A DNA stretch of 64,000 nucleotides from Eledone cirrhosa (Eukaryota): contig OZ024743.1 in assembly GCA_964016885.1 (NCBI GenBank), forward strand, positions 259,966,001 through 260,030,000, in the 5' to 3' direction. The notes beneath the pieces were generated by a model, which made no database searches, was not told the origin of the DNA, and worked only from the letters and a program-made list of their open reading frames with translations. The translations under genes were made by a program, and so were the position numbers. Positions within the stretch are counted from its first letter, which is position 1, and every line of letters begins with the position of its first letter. Shown in pieces: positions 46,701-61,700 of this stretch.

Positions 46701-49700
46701 ATCATCAGCACTAACAACAACAACAGTAACACCAACATTACCAACACGATCATCAGCACTAACACCAGTAACACCAACATTACCAACACGATCATCAGCA
46801 CTAACAACAACAACAGTAACACCAACATTACCAACACGATCATCAGCACTAACAACAACAACAGTAACCCCAACATTACCAACACGATCATCAGCAGTAA
46901 CAACACAGCAGAAACACCAACATTACCAACACGATCATCAGCACTAACAACAACAACAGTAACACCAACATTACCAACACGATCATCAGCACTAACACCA
47001 GTAACACCAACATTACCAACACGATCATCAGCACTAACAACAACAACAGTAACACCAACATTACCAACACGATCATCAGCACTAACAACAACAACAGTAA
47101 CCCCAACATTACCAACACGATCATCAGCAGTAACAACACAGCAGAAACACCAACATTACCAACACGATCATCAGCACTAACAACAACAACAGTAACACCA
47201 ACATTACCAACACGATCATCAGCACTAACAACAACAACAGTAACACCAACATTACCAACACGATCATCAACACTAACAACAACAGCAGTAACACCAACAT
47301 TACCAACACGATCCTCAGCACTAACAACAACACCAGTTACACCAACATTACCAACACGATCATCAGCACTAACAACAACAACAGTAACACCAACATCACC
47401 AACACGATCATCAGCACTAACAACAACACCAGTAACACCAACATTACCAACACGATCATCAGCACTAACAACAACAACAGTAACACCAACATTACCAACA
47501 CGATCATCAGCACTAACAACAACACCAGTAACACCAACATTACCAACACGACCATCAGCACTAACAACAACACCAGTTACACCAACATTACCAACACGAT
47601 CATCAGCACTAACAATAACAACAGTAACACCAACATTACCAACACGATCATCAGCACTAACAACAACACCAGTTACACCAACATTACCAACACGATCATC
47701 AGCACTAACAATAACAACAGTAACACCAACATTACCAACACGATCATCAGCACTAACAACACAACAGTAACACCAACATTACCAACACGATCATCAGCAC
47801 TAACAGCAATATCAGTAACACCAACATTACCAACACGATTATCAGCACTAACAACAACACCAGTAACACCAACATTACCAACACGATCATCAGCACTAAC
47901 AACAACACCAGTAACACCAACATTACCAACACGATCATCAGCACTAACATCAGTAACACCAACATTACCAACACGATCATCAGCACTAACAACAACAACA
48001 GTAACACCAACATTACCAACACGATCATCAGCACTAACAACAACAACAGTAACACCAACATTACCAACACCATCATCAGCACTAACAACAACAACAGTAA
48101 CACCAACATTACCAACACCATCATCAGCACTAACAACAACACCAGTAACACCAACATTACCAACACGATCATCAGCACTAACAACAACAGCAGTAACACC
48201 AACATTACCAACACGATCATCAGCACTAACAACAACACCAGTAAGACCAACATTACCAACACGATCATCAATACTAACAACAACAACAGTAACACCAACA
48301 TTACCAACACGATCATCAGTACTAACAACAACACCAGTAACACCAACATTACCAACACGATCATCAGCACTAACAATAACACCAGTAACACCAACATTAC
48401 CAATACGATCACCAGCACTAACAACAGCAACAGTAACACCAACATTACCAACACGATCATCAGCACTAACAACAACAGCAGTAACACCAACATTACCAAC
48501 ACGATCATCAGCACTAACAACAACACCAGTAACACCAACATTACCAACACGATCATCAGCACTAACAACAACAACAGTAACACCAACATTACCAACACGA
48601 TCATCAGCACTAACAGCAACACCAGTAACACCAACATTACCAACACGAACATCAGCACTAACAACAACAACAGTAACACCAACATTACCAACCCGATCAC
48701 CAGCACTAACAACAACAACAGTAACACCAACATTACCAACACGATCATCAGCACTAACAACAACAACAGTAACACCAACATTACCAACACGATCATCAGC
48801 ACTAACAACAACAACAGTAACACCAACATTACCAACACGATCATCAGCACTAACAACAACAACAGTAACACCAACATCACCAACACGATCATCAGCACTA
48901 ACAACAACACCAGTAACACCAACATTACCAACACGATCATCAGCACTAACAACAACAACAGTAACACCAACATTACCAACACGATCATCAGCACTAACAA
49001 CAACACCAGTTACACCAACATTACCAACACGATCATCAGCACTAACAATAACAACAGTAACACCAACATTACCAACACGATCATCATCACTAACAACAAC
49101 ACCAGTTACACCAACATTACCAACACGATCATCAGCACTAACAATAACAACAGTAACACTAACATTACCAACACGATCATCAGCACTAACAATAACAACA
49201 GTAACACTAACATTACCAACACGATCATCAGCACTAACAATAACAACAGTAACACCAACATTACCAACACGATCATCAGCACTAACAACAACAACAGTAA
49301 CACCAACATTACCAACACGATCATCAGCACTAACAGCAATATCAGTAACACCCAACATTACCAACACGATTATCAGCACTAACAACAACACCAGTAACAC
49401 CAACATTACCAACACGATCATCAGCACTAACAACAACACCAGTAACACCAACATTACCAACACGATCATCAGCACTAACATCAGTAACACCAACATTACC
49501 AACACCATCATCAGCACTAACAACAACAACAGTAACACCAACATTACCAACACGATCATCAGCACTAACAACAACAACAGTAACACCAACATTACCAACA
49601 CAATCATCAGCACTAACAACAACAACAGTAACACCAACATTACCAACACGATCATCAGCACTAACATCAGTAACACCAACATTACCAACACCATCATCAG

Positions 49701-52700
49701 CACTAACAACAACAACAGTAACACCAACATTACCAACACGATCATCAGCACTAACAACAAAAACAGTAACACCAACATTACCAACACCATCATCAGCACT
49801 AACAACAACACCAGTAACACCAACATTACCAACACGATCATCAGCACTAACAACAACAGCAGTAACACCAACATTACCAACACGATCATCAGCACTAACA
49901 ACAACACCAGTAAGACCAACATTACCAACACGATCATCAATACTAACAACAACAACAGTAACACCAACACTACCAACACGATCATCAGTACTAACAACAA
50001 CACCAGTAACACCAACATTACCAACACGATCATCAGCACTAACAATAACACCAGTAACACCAACATTACCAATACGATCACCAGCACTAACAACAGCAAC
50101 AGTAACACCAACATTACCAACACGATCATCAGCACTAACAACAACAGCAGTAACACCAACATTACCAACACGATCATCAGCACTAACAACAACACCAGTA
50201 ACACCAACATTACCAACACGATCATCAGCACTAACAACAACAACAGTAACACCAACATTACCAACACGATCATCAGCACTAACAGCAACACCAGTAACAC
50301 CAACATTACCAACACGATCATCAGCACTAACAACAACAACAGTAACACCAACATTACCAACCCGATCACCAGCACTAACAACAACAACAGTAACACCAAC
50401 ATTACCAACACGATCATCCACACTAACAACAACAACAGTAACACCAACATTACCAACACGATCATCAGCACTAACAACAACAACAGTAACACCAACATTA
50501 CCAACACGATCATCAGCACTAACAACAACAACAGTAACACCAACATTACCAACACGATCATCAGCACTAACAACAACAACAGTAACACCAACATCACCAA
50601 CACGATCATCAGCACTAACAACAACACCAGTAACACCAACATTACCAACACGATCATCAGCACTAACAACAACAACAGTAACACCAACATTACCAACACG
50701 ATCATCAGCACTAACAACAACACCAGTTACACCAACATTACCAACACGATCATCAGCACTAACAATAACAACAGTAACACCAACATTACCAACACGATCA
50801 TCATCACTAACAACAACACCAGTTACACCAACATTACCAACACGATCATCAGCACTAACAATAACAACAGTAACACTAACATTACCAACACGATCATCAG
50901 CACTAACAACAGCAACAGTAAAACCAACATTACCAACACGATCATCAGCACTAACAGCAATATCAGTAACACCAACATTACCAACACGATCATCAGCACT
51001 AACAACAACACCAGTAACACCAACATTACCAACACGATCATCAGCACTAACAACAACACCAGTAACACCAACATTACCAACACGATCATCAGCACTAACA
51101 TCAGTAACTCCAACATTACCAACACGATCACCAGCACTAACAACAACAACAGTAACACCAACATTACCAACACGATCATCAGCACTAACAACAACAACAG
51201 TAACACCAACATTAACAACACGATCATCAGCACTAACATCAGTAACACCAACATTACCAACACCATCATCAGCACTAACAACAACAACAGTAACACCAAC
51301 ATTACCAACACGATCATCAGAACTAACAACAACATCAGTAACACCAACATTACCAACACGATCATCAGCACTAACAACAACAACAGTAACACCAACATTA
51401 CCAACACGATCTTCAGCACTAACACCAGTAACACCAAAATTACCAACACGATCATCAGCACTAACAACAACACCAGTAACACCAACATTACCAACACGAT
51501 CATCAGCACTAACATCAGTAACACCAACATTACCAACACCATCATCAGCACTAACAACAACAACAGTAACACCAACATTACCAACACGATCATCAGCACT
51601 AACAACAACAACAGTAACACCAACATTACCAACACAATCATCAGCACTAACAACAACAACAGTAACACCAACATTACCAACACGATCATCAGCACTAACA
51701 TCAGTAACACCAACATTACCAACACCATCATCAGCACTAACAACAACAACAGTAACACCAACATTACCAACACGATCATCAGCACTAACAACAACAACAG
51801 TAACACCAACATTACCAACACGATCATCAGCACTAACAACAACACCAGTAACACCAACATTACCAACACGATCATCAGCACTAACAACAACAGCAGTAAC
51901 ACCAACATTACCAACACGATCATCAGCACTAACAACAACACCAGTAAGACCAACATTACCAACACGATCATCAATACTAACAACAACAACAGTAACACCA
52001 ACATTACCAACACGATCATCAGTACTAACAACAACACCAGTAACACCAACATTACCAACACGATCATCAGCACTAACAATAACACCAGTAACACCAACAT
52101 TACCAATACGATCACCAGCACTAACAACAGCAACAGTAACACCAACATTACCAACACGATCATCAGCACTAACAACAACAGCAGTAACACCAACATTACC
52201 AACACGATCATCAGCACTAACAACAACACCAGTAACACCAACATTACCAACACGATCATCAGCACTAACAACAACAACAGTAACACCAACATTACCAACA
52301 CGATCATCAGCACTAACAGCAACACCAGTAACACCAACATTACCAACACGATCATCAGCACTAACAACAACAACAGTAACACCAACATTACCAACCCGAT
52401 CACCAGCACTAACAACAACAACAGTAACACCAACATTACCAACACGATCATCCACACTAACAACAACAACAGTAACACCAACATTACCAACACGATCATC
52501 AGCACTAACAACAACAACAGTAACACCAACATTACCAACACGATCATCAGCACTAACAACAACAACAGTAACACCAACATTACCAACACGATCATCAGCA
52601 CTAACAACAACAACAGTAACACCAACATCACCAACACGATCATCAGCACTAACAACAACACCAGTAACACCAACATTACCAACACGATCATCAGCACTAA

Positions 52701-55700
52701 CAACAACAACAGTAACACCAACATTACCAACACGATCATCAGCACTAACAACAACACCAGTTACACCAACATTACCAACACGATCATCAGCACTAACAAT
52801 AACAACAGTAACACCAACATTACCAACACGATCATCATCACTAACAACAACACCAGTTACACCAACATTACCAACACGATCATCAGCACTAACAATAACA
52901 ACAGTAACACTAACATTACCAACACGATCATCAGCACTAACAACAGCAACAGTAAAACCAACATTACCAACACGATCATCAGCACTAACAGCAATATCAG
53001 TAACACCAACATTACCAACACGATCATCAGCACTAACAACAACACCAGTAACACCAACATTACCAACACGATCATCAGCACTAACAACAACACCAGTAAC
53101 ACCAACATTACCAACACGATCATCAGCACTAACATCAGTAACTCCAACATTACCAACACGATCACCAGCACTAACAACAACAACAGTAACACCAACATTA
53201 CCAACACGATCATCAGCACTAACAACAACAACAGTAACACCAACATTAACAACACGATCATCAGCACTAACATCAGTAACACCAACATTACCAACACCAT
53301 CATCAGCACTAACAACAACAACAGTAACACCAACATTACCAACACGATCATCAGAACTAACAACAACATCAGTAACACCAACATTACCAACACGATCATC
53401 AGCACTAACAACAACAACAGTAACACCAACATTACCAACACGATCTTCAGCACTAACACCAGTAACACCAAAATTACCAACACGATCATCAGCACTAACA
53501 ACAACAACAGTAACACCAACATTACCAACACGATCATCAGCACTAACAACAACAACAGTAACACCAACATTACCAACACGATCTTCAGCACTAACACCAG
53601 TAACACCAAAATTACCAACACGATCATCAGCACTAACAACAACAGTAACACCAACAATACCAACACGATCATGAGCACTAACAACAACAACAGTAACACC
53701 AACATTACCAACACGATCATCAGGACTAACAACAACAACAGTAACACCAACATTACCAACACGATCATCAGCACTAACAACAACAACAGTAACACCAACA
53801 TCACCAACACGATCATCAGCACTAACAACAACACCAGTAACACCATCATTACCAACACGATCATGAGCACTAACAACAACAACAGTAACACCAACATTAC
53901 CAACACGATCATCAGCACTAACAACAACACCAGTTACACCAACATTACCAACACGAACATCAGCACTAACAATAACAACAGTAACACTAACATTACCAAC
54001 ACAATCATCAGCACTAACAACAGCAACAGTAAAACCAACATTACCAACACGATCATCAGCACTAACAGAAATAACAGTAACACCAACATTACCAACACGA
54101 TCATCACCACTAACAACAACACCAGTAACACCAACATTACCAACACGAGCATCAACACTAACAACAACACCAGTAACACCAACATTACCAACACGATCAT
54201 CAGCACTAACATCAGTAACACCAACATTACCAACACCATCATCAGCACTAACAACAACAACAGTAACACCAACATTACCAACACGATCATCAGCACTAAC
54301 AACAACAACAGTAACACCAACATTACCAACACCATCATCAGCACTAACAACAACAACAGTAACACCAACATTACCAACACGATCATCAGCACTAACAACA
54401 ACAACAGTAACACCAACATTACCAACACGATCATCAGCACTAACAACAACAACAGTAACACCAACATTACCAACACGAACATCAGCACTAACAACAACAC
54501 CAGTAACACCAACATTACCAACACCATCATCAGCACTAACAACAACAACAGTAACACCAACATTACCAACACGATCATCAGAACTAACAACAACATCAGT
54601 AACACCAACATTACCAACACGATCATCAGCACTAACAACAACAACAGTAACACCAACATTACCAACACGATCATCAGCACTAACACCAGTAACACCAAAA
54701 TTACCAACACGATCATCAGCACTAACAACAACACCAGTAATACCAACATTACCAACACGATCATCAGCACTAACAACAACACCAGTAACACCAACATTAC
54801 CAACACGATCATCAGCACTAACAACAACAGCAGTAACACCAACATTACCAACACGATCATCAGCACTAACAACAACACCAGTAACACCAATATTACCAAC
54901 ACGATCATCAGCACTAACAACAACAACAGTAACACCAACATTACCAACACGATCATCAGCACTAACAGCAACACCAGTAACACCAACATTACCAACACGA
55001 TCATCAGCACTAACAACAACAACAGTAACACCAACATTACCAACACGATCATCAGCACTAACAACAACAACAGTAACACCAACATTAACTACACGATCAT
55101 CAGCACTAACAACAACAACAGTAACACCAACATTACCAACACGATCATCAGCACTAACAACAACAACAGTAACACCAACATTACCAACACGATCATCAGC
55201 ACTAACAACAACAACAGTAACACCAACATTACCAACACGATCATCAGCACTAACAACAACAACAGTAACACCAACATCACCAACACGATCATCAGCACTG
55301 ACAACAACACCAATAACACCAACATTACCAACACGATCATCAGCACTAACAACAACAACAGTAACACCAACATTACCAACACGATCATCAGCACTAACAA
55401 CAACACCAGTTACACCAACATTACCAACACGATCATCAGCACTAACAATAACAACAGTAACACCAACATTACCAACACGATCATCAGCACTAACAACAAC
55501 ACCAGTTACACCAACATTACCAACACGATCATCAGCACTAACAACAACAACAGTAACACCAACATTACCAACACGATCATCAGCACTAACAGCAATATCA
55601 GTAACACCAACATTACCAACACGATCATCAGCGCTAACAACAACACCAGTAACACCAACATTACCAACACGATCATCAGCACTAACAGCAACAACAGTAA

Positions 55701-58700
55701 CACCAACATTACCAACACGATCATCAGCAATAACATCAGTAACACCAACATTACCAACACGATCATCAGCACTAACAACAACACCAGTAACACCAACATT
55801 ACCAACACGATCATCAGCACTAACAACAACAACAGTAACACCAACATTACCAACACGATCATCAGCACTAACATCAGTAACACCAACATTACCAACACGA
55901 TCATCAGCACTAACAACAACAACAGTAACACCAACATTACCAACACGATCATCAGCACTAACAACAACAACAGTAACACCAACATCACCAACACGATCAT
56001 CAGCACTAACAACAACACCAGTAACACCATCATTACCAACACGATCATGAGCACTAACAACAACAACAGTAACACCAACATTACCAACACGATCATCAGC
56101 ACTAACAACAACACCAGTTACACCAACATTACCAACACGATCATCAGCACTAACAATAACAACAGTAACACCAACATTACCAACACGATCATCAGCACTA
56201 ACAACAACACCAGTTACACCAACATTACCAACACGAACATCAGCACTAACAATAACAACAGTAACACTAACATTACCAACACGATCATCAGCACTAACAA
56301 CAGCAACAGTAAAACCAACATTACCAACACGATCATCAGCACTAACAGAAATAACAGTAACACCAACATTACCAACACGATCATCACCACTAACAACAAC
56401 ACCAGTAACACCAACATTACCAACACGAGCATCAACACTAACAACAACACCAGTAACACCAACATTACCAACACGATCATCAGCACTAACATCAGTAACA
56501 CCAACATTACCAACACGATCATCAGCACTAACAACAACAACAGTAACACCAACATTACCAACACCATCATCAGCACTAACAACAACAACAGTAACACCAA
56601 CATTACCAACACGATCATCAGCACTAACATCAGTAACACCAACATTACCAACACCATCATCAGCACTAACAACAACAACAGTAACACCAACATTACCAAC
56701 ACGATCATCAGAACTAACAACAACATCAGTAACACCAACATTACCAACACGATCATCAGCACTAACAACAACAACAGTAACACCAACATTACCAACACGA
56801 TCATCAGCACTAACACCAGTAACACCAAAATTACCAACACGATCATCAGCACTAACAACAACACCAGTAATACCAACATTACCAACACGATCATCAGCAC
56901 TAACAACAACAACAGTAACACCAACATTACCAACACGATCATCAGCACTAACAACAACACCAGTAACACCAACATTACCAACACGATCATCAGCACTAAC
57001 AACAACAACAGTAACACCAACATTACCAACACGATCATCAGCACTAACAACAACAACAGTAACACCAACATTACCAACACAATCATCAGCACTAACAACA
57101 ACATCAGTAACACCAACATTACCAACACCATCATCAGCACTAACAACAACACCAGTAACACCAACATTACCAACACGATCATCAGCACTAACAACAACAG
57201 CAGTAACACCAACATTACCAACACGATCATCAGCACTAACAACAACACCAGTAACACCAACATTACCAACACGATCATCAGCACTAACAATAACACCAGT
57301 AACACCAACATTACCAACACGATCACCAGCACTAACAATAACAACAGTAACACCAACATTACCAACACGATCATCAGCACTAACATCAGTAACACCAACA
57401 TTACCAACACGATCATCAGCACTAACAACAACAACAACAGTAACACCAACATTACCAACACGATCATCAGCACTAACATCAGTAACACCAACATTACCAA
57501 CACGATCATCAGCACTAACAACAACAACAACAGTAACACCAACATTACCAACACGATCATCAGCACTAACATCAGTAACACCAACATTACCAACACGATC
57601 ATCAGCACTAACAACAACAACAACAGTAACACCAACATTACCAACACGATCATCAGCACTAACATCAGTAACACCAACATTACCAACACGATCATCAGCA
57701 CTAACAACAACAACAACAGTAACACCAACATTACCAACACGATCATCAGCACTAACAACAACAACAGTAACACCAACATTACCAACACAATCATCAGCAC
57801 TAACAACAACATCAGTAACACCAACATTACCAACACCATCATCAGCACTAACAACAACACCAGTAACACCAACATTACCAACACGATCATCAGCACTAAC
57901 AACAACAGCAGTAACACCAACATTACCAACACGATCATCAGCACTAACAACAACACCAGTAACACCAACATTACCAACACGATCATCAGCACTAACAATA
58001 ACACCAGTAACACCAACATTACCAACACGATCACCAGCACTAACAATAACAACAGTAACACCAACATTACCAACACGATCATCAGCACTAACAACAACAG
58101 CAGTAACACCAACATTACCAACACGATCATCAGCACTAACAACAACACCAGTAACACCAATATTACCAACACGATCATCAGCACTAACAACAACAACAGT
58201 AACACCAACATTACCAACACGATCATCAGCACTAACAGCAACACCAGTAACACCAACATTACCAACACGATCATCAGCACTAACAACAACAACAGTAACA
58301 CCAACATTACCAACACGATCATCAGCACTAACAACAACAACAGTAACACCAACATTAACTACACGATCATCAGCACTAACAACAACAACAGTAACACCAA
58401 CATTACCAACACGATCATCAGCACTAACAACAACAACAGTAACACCAACATTACCAACACGATCATCAGCACTAACAACAACAACAGTAACACCAACATT
58501 ACCAACACGATCATCAGCACTAACAACAACAACAGTAACACCAACATCACCAACACGATCATCAGCACTAACAACAACACCAATAACACCAACATTACCA
58601 ACACGATCATCAGCACTAACAACAACAACAGTAACACCAACATTACCAACACGATCATCACCACTAACAACAACACCAGTTACACCAACATTACCAACAC

Positions 58701-61700
58701 GATCATCAGCACTAACAATAACAACAGTAACACCAACATTACCAACACGATCATCAGCACTAACAACAACACCAGTTACACCAACATTACCAACACGATC
58801 ATCAGCACTAACAACAACAACAGTAACACCAACATTACCAACACGATCATCAGCACTAACAGCAATATCAGTAACTCCAACATTACCAACACGATCATCA
58901 GCACTAACAACAACACCAGTAACACCAACATTACCAACACGATCATCAGCACTAACAGCAACAACAGTAACACCAACATTACCAACACGATCATCAGCAA
59001 TAACATCAGTAACACCAACATTACCAACACGATCATCAGCACTAACAACAACACCAGTAACACCAACATTACCAACACGATCATCAGCACTAACAACAAC
59101 AACAGTAACACCAACATTACCAACACGATCATCAGCACTAACATCAGTAGCACCAACGTTACCAACACCATCATCAGCACTAACAACAACAACAGTAACA
59201 CCAACATTACCAACACGATCATCAGAACTAACAACAACATCAGTAACACCAACATTACCAACACGATCATCAGCACTAACAACAACAACAGTAACACCAA
59301 CATTACCAACACGATCATCAGCACTAACACCAGTAACACCAAAATTACCAACACGATCATCAGCACTAACAACAACACCAGTAACACCAACATTACCAAC
59401 ACGATCATCAGCACTAACAACAACAACAGTAACACCAACATTACCAACACGATCATCAGCACTAACAACAACAACAGTAACACCAACATTACCAACACGA
59501 ACATCAGCACTAACAACACCAGTAACACCAACATTACCAACACGGTCATCAACACTAACAACAACAACAGTAACACCAACATTACCAACACGATCATCAG
59601 CACTAACAACAACAACAGTAACACCAACATTACCAACACGATCATCAGCACTAACAACACAGCAGTAACACCAACATTACCAACACGATCATCAGCACTA
59701 ACAACAACAACAGTAACACCAACATTACCAACACCATCATCAGCACTAACAACAACAACAGAAACACCAACATCACCAACACGATCATCAGCACTAACAA
59801 CAACACCAGTAACACCATCATTACCAACATGATCATCAGCACTAACAACAACAACAGTAACACCAACATTACCAACACGATCATCAGCACTAACAACAAC
59901 AGCAGTAACACCAACATTACCAACACGATCATCAGCACTAACAACAACACCAGTTACACCAACATTACCAACACGATCATCAGCACTAACAACAACAACA
60001 GTAACACCAACATCACCAACACGATCATCAGCACTAACAACAACACCAGTTACACCAACATTACCAACACGATCATCAGCACTGACAATAACAACAGTAA
60101 CACCAACATTACCAACACGATCATCAGCACTAACAACAACAACAGTAACACCAACATTACCAACACGATCATCAGCACTAACAGCAATATCAGTAACACC
60201 AACATTACCAACACGATCATCAGCACTAACAACAACACCAGTAACACCAACACCAGTAACACCAACATTACCAACACGATCATCAGCACTAACAACAACA
60301 ACAGTAACACCAACATTACCAACACGATCATCAGCACTAACATCAGTAACACCAACATTACCAACACCTTCATCAGCACTAACAACAACAACAGTAACAC
60401 CAACATTACCAACACGATCATCAGAACTAACAACAACATCAGTAACACCAACATTACCAACACCATCATCAGCACTAACAACAACACCAGTAACACCAAC
60501 ATTACCAACACGATCATCAGCACTAACAACAACACCAGTAACACCAACATTACCAACACGATCATCAGCACTAACAACAACACCAGTAACACCAACATTA
60601 CCAACACGATCATCAGCACTAACAACAACAACAGTAACACCAACATTACCAACACGATCATCAGCACTAACAACAACACCAGTAACACCAACATTACCAA
60701 CACGATCATCAGCACTAACAATAACACCAGTAACACCAACATTACCAACACGATCATCAGCACTAACAACAACAACAGTAACACCAACATTACCAACACG
60801 ATCATCAGCACTAATATCAGTAACACCAACATTACCAACACCATCATCAGCACTAACAACAACAACACTAACACCAACATTACCAACACGATCATCAGCA
60901 CTAACATCAGTAACACCAACATTACCAACACGATCATCAGCACTAACAACAACACCAGTAACACCAACATTACCAACACGATCATCAGCACTAACAGCAA
61001 CACCAGTAACACCAACATTACCAACACGATCATCAGCACTAACAACAACAACAGTAACACCAACATTACCAACACGATCATCAGCACTAACAACAACAAC
61101 AGTAACACCAACATTAACTACACGATCATCAGCACTAACAACAACAACAGTAACACCAACATTACCAACACGATCATCAGCACTAACAACAACAACAGTA
61201 ACACCAACATTACCAACACGATCATCAGCACTAACAACAACAACAGTAACACCAACATTACCAACACGATCATCAGCACTAACAACAACAACAGTAACAC
61301 CAACATCACCAACACGATCATCAGCACTAACAACAACACCAATAACACCAACATTACCAACACGATCATCAGCACTAACAACAACAACAGTAACACCAAC
61401 ATTACCAACACGATCATCAGCACTAACAACAACACCAGTTACACCAACATTACCAACACGATCATCAGCACTAACAATAACAACAGTAACACCAACATTA
61501 CCAACACGATCATCAGCACTAACAACAACACCAGTTACACCAACATTACCAACACGATCATCAGCACTAACAACAACAACAGTAACACCAACATTACCAA
61601 CACGATCATCAGCACTAACAGCAATATCAGTAACACCAACATTACCAACACGATCATCAGCACTAACAACAACACCAGTAACACCAACATTACCAACACG

